64,000 bases of DNA from Syntrophales bacterium (lineage in GTDB: Bacteria; Desulfobacterota; Syntrophia; Syntrophales; UBA2210), in assembly GCA_963662405.2 (NCBI GenBank), contig CAXXKT010000002.1, positions 1-64,000 on the forward strand, given 5' to 3'. The translations under genes and the position numbers were made by a program. The notes under the pieces are model-generated. The model ran no database searches and was not told where the DNA came from. It saw only the letters and a program-made list of their open reading frames with translations. Numbering within the stretch: position 1 is the first letter of the stretch; each line of letters starts with the position of its first letter. Positions 59,198-64,000 of the stretch are shown here, one piece after another.

Positions 59198-60420
59198 AAT
59201 ATTTGATTCTACTGGGCGATGGGATGGCTGACTGGCCGCTTCCCGAATTGCAGGGGAAAACTCCCCTGCAGGCGGCCCACACTCCCAATATGGACCGGAT
59301 AGCAGCCGAAGGGACGCTGGGGCTGATCGACACGATTCCCCCCGGATTCACCCCCGGGAGTGACGTGGCGAATCTTTCCGTTTTGGGATACGATCCGAAA
59401 GTATATCATACCGGGCGCGGCCCCCTCGAGGCGGTGAGCACGGGGATTACCTTGGCCTCTGACGATGTCGCATTCCGCTGCAATCTTGTAACATTCGGCA
59501 CTAAAGAGGAACTCGTCATGGAGGACTTTACTGCCGGCCATATATCGTCCGAGGAGGCCGGGTGGATCGTAGAGAATCTCGATGCCGAACTTAGGTCTCA
59601 TGATATCCGGTTTTATCCCGGTGTCGGGTATCGTCACCTGATGATATACCGAGGCGGTCCCACGACACTGGAGACGACCCCCCCTCATGACATCACCGAC
59701 CAACCGATCGCCGGCCACCTGCCGAAGGGAGAGGGTTCTTATGAGATCAGGCGGCTCATGGAACGCTCGCGCACTATATTGCAGGATCATCCCGTGAACC
59801 TTCAGCGCGCAGCGCAAGGCAAAAGAACAGCCGATTCCATTTGGTTATGGGGTGAGGGGAGGGCGCCCGCAATGAACCCCCTCACCACCCGCTACGGGAT
59901 TAAAGGGGGGATCATTTCGGCCGTCGATCTTCTGAGGGGGATCGGGATCTGCGCCGGGCTTGAGGTTCTCCATGTCGAGGGCGCGACCGGCTACATCGAC
60001 ACTAATTATCGGGGAAAAGCGGAGAAAGCGCTTGAATTCCTGAGGGGTGCTGATTTCGTTTTTCTCCATGTCGAGGCCCCCGACGAGATGGGGCATGAGG
60101 GGAACATAGAGGGGAAAATCAAGGCCATCGAGGATTTTGACCGTGAGGTTGTCGGAAGGATTTTGACCGGGCTCCCCTCGCTCGGGGATTTCAGGGTGCT
60201 TGTCCTGAGTGACCACCCCACCCCGATAGAGCTGAAAACCCATTCGTCGGACCCCAGCCCTTTCGCTGTTCTCTCCTCCGTCGATGAGGAAAATATCGGG
60301 GAGGGAAAAGCGTACGGCGAGATATCCGCCGATGATGCCGGGATATTCATTTCTCCCGGCTATTTGCTGATGGATCGCTTTATGAAGGATTGGAGAGGAT
60401 TCATTGGAAAAAAAGGGTGA
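59194..60420 (+). CDS. apgM: Cofactor-independent phosphoglycerate mutase (ApgM type)
   Basis: GDGMAD, PGSDVAN, TGRGPLEA, HVEAPDEMGH, SDHPTP. Confidence 0.9.
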   Translation: MKYLILLGDGMADWPLPELQGKTPLQAAHTPNMDRIAAEGTLGLIDTIPPGFTPGSDVANLSVLGYDPKVYHTGRGPLEAVSTGITLASDDVAFRCNLVTFGTKEELVMEDFTAGHISSEEAGWIVENLDAELRSHDIRFYPGVGYRHLMIYRGGPTTLETTPPHDITDQPIAGHLPKGEGSYEIRRLMERSRTILQDHPVNLQRAAQGKRTADSIWLWGEGRAPAMNPLTTRYGIKGGIISAVDLLRGIGICAGLEVLHVEGATGYIDTNYRGKAEKALEFLRGADFVFLHVEAPDEMGHEGNIEGKIKAIEDFDREVVGRILTGLPSLGDFRVLVLSDHPTPIELKTHSSDPSPFAVLSSVDEENIGEGKAYGEISADDAGIFISPGYLLMDRFMKDWRGFIGKKG

Positions 60421-60811
60421 GTGCCGGATCAGGGTCATTTACGGCGACACGGATGCGATGGGTATTGTTTACTATGCAAATTATCTGAAATGGTTTGAGA
60501 TAGGCCGCAATGAGTTGATGCGTGACATGGGCATTGCCTACGCCGATCTTGAGCAATCCGGTTATAGCATGCCGGTAATCGAGCTGGGGTGCGAGTATCT
60601 TTCCCCCGCGCGGTATGATGATGTCTTGATGATTGAAACGATGATGACCAATCTCAGACGGGCAAGCGTTCGATTCGATTATGTGATATATAGTGAAGGG
60701 AAAGAGCGAATCCTTGCCGAGGGTTTTACCCGCCATCCCTTTATAAACAGTAAGGGAAAGATCGTGAGGGTCCCGAAGCATATAGCGGACATAATAAACG
60801 GAGAAGAATAG
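60404..60811 (+). CDS. Acyl-CoA thioesterase (YbgC/4HBT family)
   Basis: DTDAMGIVYYANYLKWFE, PARYDD. Confidence 0.9.
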   Translation: MEKKGECRIRVIYGDTDAMGIVYYANYLKWFEIGRNELMRDMGIAYADLEQSGYSMPVIELGCEYLSPARYDDVLMIETMMTNLRRASVRFDYVIYSEGKERILAEGFTRHPFINSKGKIVRVPKHIADIINGEE

Positions 60812-60823
60812 AGGAGGCCTTGA

Positions 60824-61528
60824 ATGGCGGATAAGCTGACGAAAAAGGAACTAGAACAACCGGATGAGTTTCACACCATGGGGTGGCGTGCCCTCCAGTA
60901 TCTATCCGAACACCGGGATAGGTTTTACCTGGGTGGGGCGATTATTCTGTTACTCATCATTGCCGTTGGGGGATGGTACTTTTACCGTGTGAATTATGAG
61001 GAGAAGGCACAGAACCTGTATTCGGCTGCGTACGCAACCTACGCGGTGAGCGATCAGTCCCCGGAGACAATGAGGGGTCTCTACCTCAAGGCCATCGGGA
61101 TGTACAACAAACTTCTGGAAACGCATCCGAGCAGCCATGCAGCGAAATTGTGTTACTATACTCTGGGCAATCTTTATTTTAAGGTCGACAACATAGAAAA
61201 ATCCATTGAATCCTACGACATCTTTCTCAAACGGTTCAAAAACGATGATATGCTGATTGCCCTGACCTATCAGGGATTGGGGTACTGCTATGAAGACGAG
61301 AAAGACTACGACAATGCGTTGCGAAACTTTCAAGCGTCAACTGACCGACTCAAGGGAACCCAAATCGAGTATATGAATTATGTCAGTATCGCGCGAGTAT
61401 ACGAGAAGATGGGGAATAATGGGAAATCACTTGAATACTACCGGAGCGCCGCAGGTAAAACGAACAATCCGGTCATGGAGATGCTGATCACAAATAGGAT
61501 CGCATCATTAACTTCTAAAAGCAGTTAA
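60824..61528 (+). CDS. Membrane-anchored TPR protein (YfgM-like)
   Basis: KKELEQPDEF, one TM helix, TPR helices. Confidence 0.78.
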   Translation: MADKLTKKELEQPDEFHTMGWRALQYLSEHRDRFYLGGAIILLLIIAVGGWYFYRVNYEEKAQNLYSAAYATYAVSDQSPETMRGLYLKAIGMYNKLLETHPSSHAAKLCYYTLGNLYFKVDNIEKSIESYDIFLKRFKNDDMLIALTYQGLGYCYEDEKDYDNALRNFQASTDRLKGTQIEYMNYVSIARVYEKMGNNGKSLEYYRSAAGKTNNPVMEMLITNRIASLTSKSS

Positions 61529-61552
61529 ATAACATAATGTTAGAAGGGTTAC

Positions 61553-63358
61553 ATGCAACAAATGAAAGCATTAATGTCAGGAAATGAGGCAATAGCACGG
61601 GGGGCGTGCGAGGATGGTGTTACGTTTGCTTCCGCTTACCCCGGAACACCGAGTACCGAGATCATGGAAGCCTTTGCAAAATATGACGGTGTCTATGCGG
61701 AATGGTCGCCCAACGAAAAGGTGGCCCTCGAGGTGGGGATCGGGGCTGCCCTGGGCGGTGCACGCGCCATGGTGGTGATGAAACATGTTGGAGTCAATGT
61801 CGCCGCCGACCCTCTGTTCACAGTGAGCTACACCGGTACGGAGGGCGGGCTTGTTATCATCAGCGCGGATGATCCCTCGATGCACAGCTCACAGAACGAA
61901 CAGGACAACCGAAATTATGCCCGGGCCGCCAAGATTCCGATGCTCGAACCCGCAGACAGCGCCGAGGCAAAGGAGTTCATCAAGATCGCCTTCAAGATAA
62001 GCGGGGAATTTGATACCCCGGTCTTTCTCAGGACGACTACACGGGTCTCCCATTCTAAATCCATCGTAAACCTGGAAGACTCCATCCCTGCAGAAGAGAC
62101 GAGGGGGATACGGCCGAACCCGTCAAAGTATGTGATGGTCCCCGCCAAGGCGCGGGAGCGAAGGGTCGAAGTGGAAAAAAAGATGGAGCGACTCCGGGCA
62201 TTTGCCGAGACCTTCCCTGAAAACCGGATGGAGATCAATGATACGAGCGTGGGTGTCATCACTGCCGGGATGCCGTACAACTATACAAAAGATGTCTTCC
62301 CCGGCTATTCATACCTCAAGTTGGGAATGGTATACCCTCTTCCTGAGGATCTGATACGGGAATTCGCCTCGAAGGTGGAAAAGATTTACGTCGTCGAGGA
62401 ACTTGATCCCTTCATCGAGGAGCAGGTGCGGGCGATGGGAATCGAGGTGACCGGGAAAGAAGCCTTTCCCTATACGGGCGAGTTTGACCCCGGTGTTGTG
62501 GAGGCGGGGATTACCGGAAAAGAGGCAGTGACGGTAAATCTTCCCGACCGTTTTCTCCCGCAGCGGCCGCCCAATCTGTGCCCAGGTTGCCCCCATCGCG
62601 GACTGTTCTATGTTCTTGGAAAAATGAAGGTGTTCGTTACCGGCGACATCGGCTGTTATACCCTCTCGTTCATGAAGCCCCTTGAGGGGCTTGACTCCTG
62701 TATCTGTATGGGTGCCAGCGTGGGGATGGCCCACGGGATGGACAAGGCCCTGCCCGAGCCGGGGAAGGTCGTCGGAGTGATCGGTGATTCCACCTTCATC
62801 CATTCGGGGATTACGCCGCTCCTCAACATGGCGTACAATAAAAGTAATGCCGTCATTGTGATATGCGACAACCGAACGACCGCCATGACCGGGATGCAGG
62901 AACACCCCGGGACCGGCATCACTCTTCAGAGAGAAGCGACGAAGACGCTTGATTTGTTTGAGCTCGGGAAGGTACTTGGAATCGACAATGTGCGGATACT
63001 CAATCCTTTTGATATGAAAGAAACAAGACAAGCGATTAAAGAAGAACTTTCCACAAACGGTCCCTCGCTGGTGATAGCGCGGGCGCCCTGCGCCCTTCTC
63101 GCCATTAAGCAGAAGGTGATGAGGAAGCCATCCCTGCGGGTAGATCCGGACAAGTGTACCGGCTGTAAGGCCTGTCTCGGTCTGGGTTGTCCACCGATTT
63201 CATGGCGTAATTTCGAGGATTTGGAAATGAAGATAGAAAAGAAGACAAAGAAACAGGAAGGAATCGCCCTGATCGATTCGGCCACCTGCGACGGATGTAC
63301 CCTGTGCATGCAACTGTGCAGCGCGGGAGCTATCGAGGAGGTTGCGAACAATGAGTAA
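61553..63358 (+). CDS. iorA: Indolepyruvate ferredoxin oxidoreductase alpha subunit
   Basis: YPGTPSTE, NEKVALE, MKHVG, CPGCPHR, GDIGCY, GDSTF, C-terminal ferredoxin motifs. Confidence 0.95.
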   Translation: MQQMKALMSGNEAIARGACEDGVTFASAYPGTPSTEIMEAFAKYDGVYAEWSPNEKVALEVGIGAALGGARAMVVMKHVGVNVAADPLFTVSYTGTEGGLVIISADDPSMHSSQNEQDNRNYARAAKIPMLEPADSAEAKEFIKIAFKISGEFDTPVFLRTTTRVSHSKSIVNLEDSIPAEETRGIRPNPSKYVMVPAKARERRVEVEKKMERLRAFAETFPENRMEINDTSVGVITAGMPYNYTKDVFPGYSYLKLGMVYPLPEDLIREFASKVEKIYVVEELDPFIEEQVRAMGIEVTGKEAFPYTGEFDPGVVEAGITGKEAVTVNLPDRFLPQRPPNLCPGCPHRGLFYVLGKMKVFVTGDIGCYTLSFMKPLEGLDSCICMGASVGMAHGMDKALPEPGKVVGVIGDSTFIHSGITPLLNMAYNKSNAVIVICDNRTTAMTGMQEHPGTGITLQREATKTLDLFELGKVLGIDNVRILNPFDMKETRQAIKEELSTNGPSLVIARAPCALLAIKQKVMRKPSLRVDPDKCTGCKACLGLGCPPISWRNFEDLEMKIEKKTKKQEGIALIDSATCDGCTLCMQLCSAGAIEEVANNE

Positions 63359-63932
63359 TACCTCTGTGCAAAGTGTCTTGATGGTGGGCGTGGGTGGTCA
63401 AGGAATCATACGAGCCAGTGATATCCTTTCAGCGGTCCTGATGAAAGCGGGGTTTGACGTCAAAAAGAGCGAAGTCCACGGGATGGCCCAGAGGGGAGGG
63501 TGTGTGAGCAGCCATATTCGGTTCGGATCGAAGGTATATTCCCCTCTCGCTAAAAAAGGAGACGCCGATCTCCTGGTTTCTTTTGAAAAACTGGAGACCC
63601 TCCGGTATCTCGACTATTTGAAGGCCGACGGGAAGGTCGTCATCAACGACGAAGAAATCTACCCCCCGTCCGTCAATCTCGGGGAAGAGCCATATCCCGA
63701 TGATGTCATCACCTTCATAAAACAGTATTTTAGTGACGTTAAGGTGGTTGATGCCACCGATATGGCGTTTCGTTCAGGTGATCGCCGGATGGCAAACACG
63801 GTTATCCTGGGCGTCCTCTCCTCGCACCTGGATGTAAACGATGGTGTGTGGGAAGGTGTGTTGGAAGAGAGCTTCCCCGCAAAGATCCTTGAGGGGAACA
63901 AGGCAGCCTTCACATTGGGGAGAGGTGTATAA
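63351..63932 (+). CDS. iorB: Indolepyruvate ferredoxin oxidoreductase beta subunit
   Basis: GVGGQG, SEVHGMAQRGG. Confidence 0.95.
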   Translation: MSNTSVQSVLMVGVGGQGIIRASDILSAVLMKAGFDVKKSEVHGMAQRGGCVSSHIRFGSKVYSPLAKKGDADLLVSFEKLETLRYLDYLKADGKVVINDEEIYPPSVNLGEEPYPDDVITFIKQYFSDVKVVDATDMAFRSGDRRMANTVILGVLSSHLDVNDGVWEGVLEESFPAKILEGNKAAFTLGRGV

Positions 63933-64000
63933 GAAAAGATGCGATTGACCGTTGTCAGGCTTGCAGTTCTCCTTCTGGTGATTTTTGTAATATATCCCGG

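Noticed and set aside
63940..64000. Start of a further CDS with a signal-peptide-like sequence
   Set aside because: It is truncated by the window edge and too short to call.

Overview
A roughly 55% GC bacterial chromosome segment. Gene content and order suggest an anaerobic deltaproteobacterium (Desulfobacterota/Syntrophales-like); this is inference. Housekeeping blocks (corC-lnt-prfB, mltD, phoH-HD-ybeY, ispG-proS-relA-amidase-rph-rdgB, recG-hom-apgM-iorAB) flank tRNA-Pro(TGG) at 19028-19104, which carries two tandem integrated elements bounded by three copies of the tRNA 3' end. Element A (about 9.5 kb, 19108-28601) is a phage-satellite-like island with integrase, AlpA, an initiator with internal repeats, a T7-like primase-helicase and an intact HNH-TerS-TerL packaging module, but no portal, protease, capsid or tail genes. 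Element B (about 9.8 kb, 28602-38418) is an integrated rolling-circle-type element with CopG, a predicted antisense-RNA/leader switch, a Rep_trans-like initiator and an integrase whose ORF reads through its own att site. Its cargo is a DUF4062 (TIR-like) plus 14x40-aa TPR gene, split by a passenger-carrying IS1595-family element. Further right are a sigma54-type operon (secreted protein, lysine 2,3-aminomutase, two ATP-grasp ligases, GNAT, zinc ribbon) with three GGAA-N7-TTCC enhancer-like sites, a TlpA/CxxC-peptide/ferredoxin trio, and an IS3 element next to an integrase-less integron cassette. Also notable are a plant-HPR1-like hydroxypyruvate reductase and the programmed prfB frameshift. 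Several single-base frameshifts (lnt, integrase B, IS3 orfB) may be sequencing errors. All family calls come from motif recognition by eye, not database searches.
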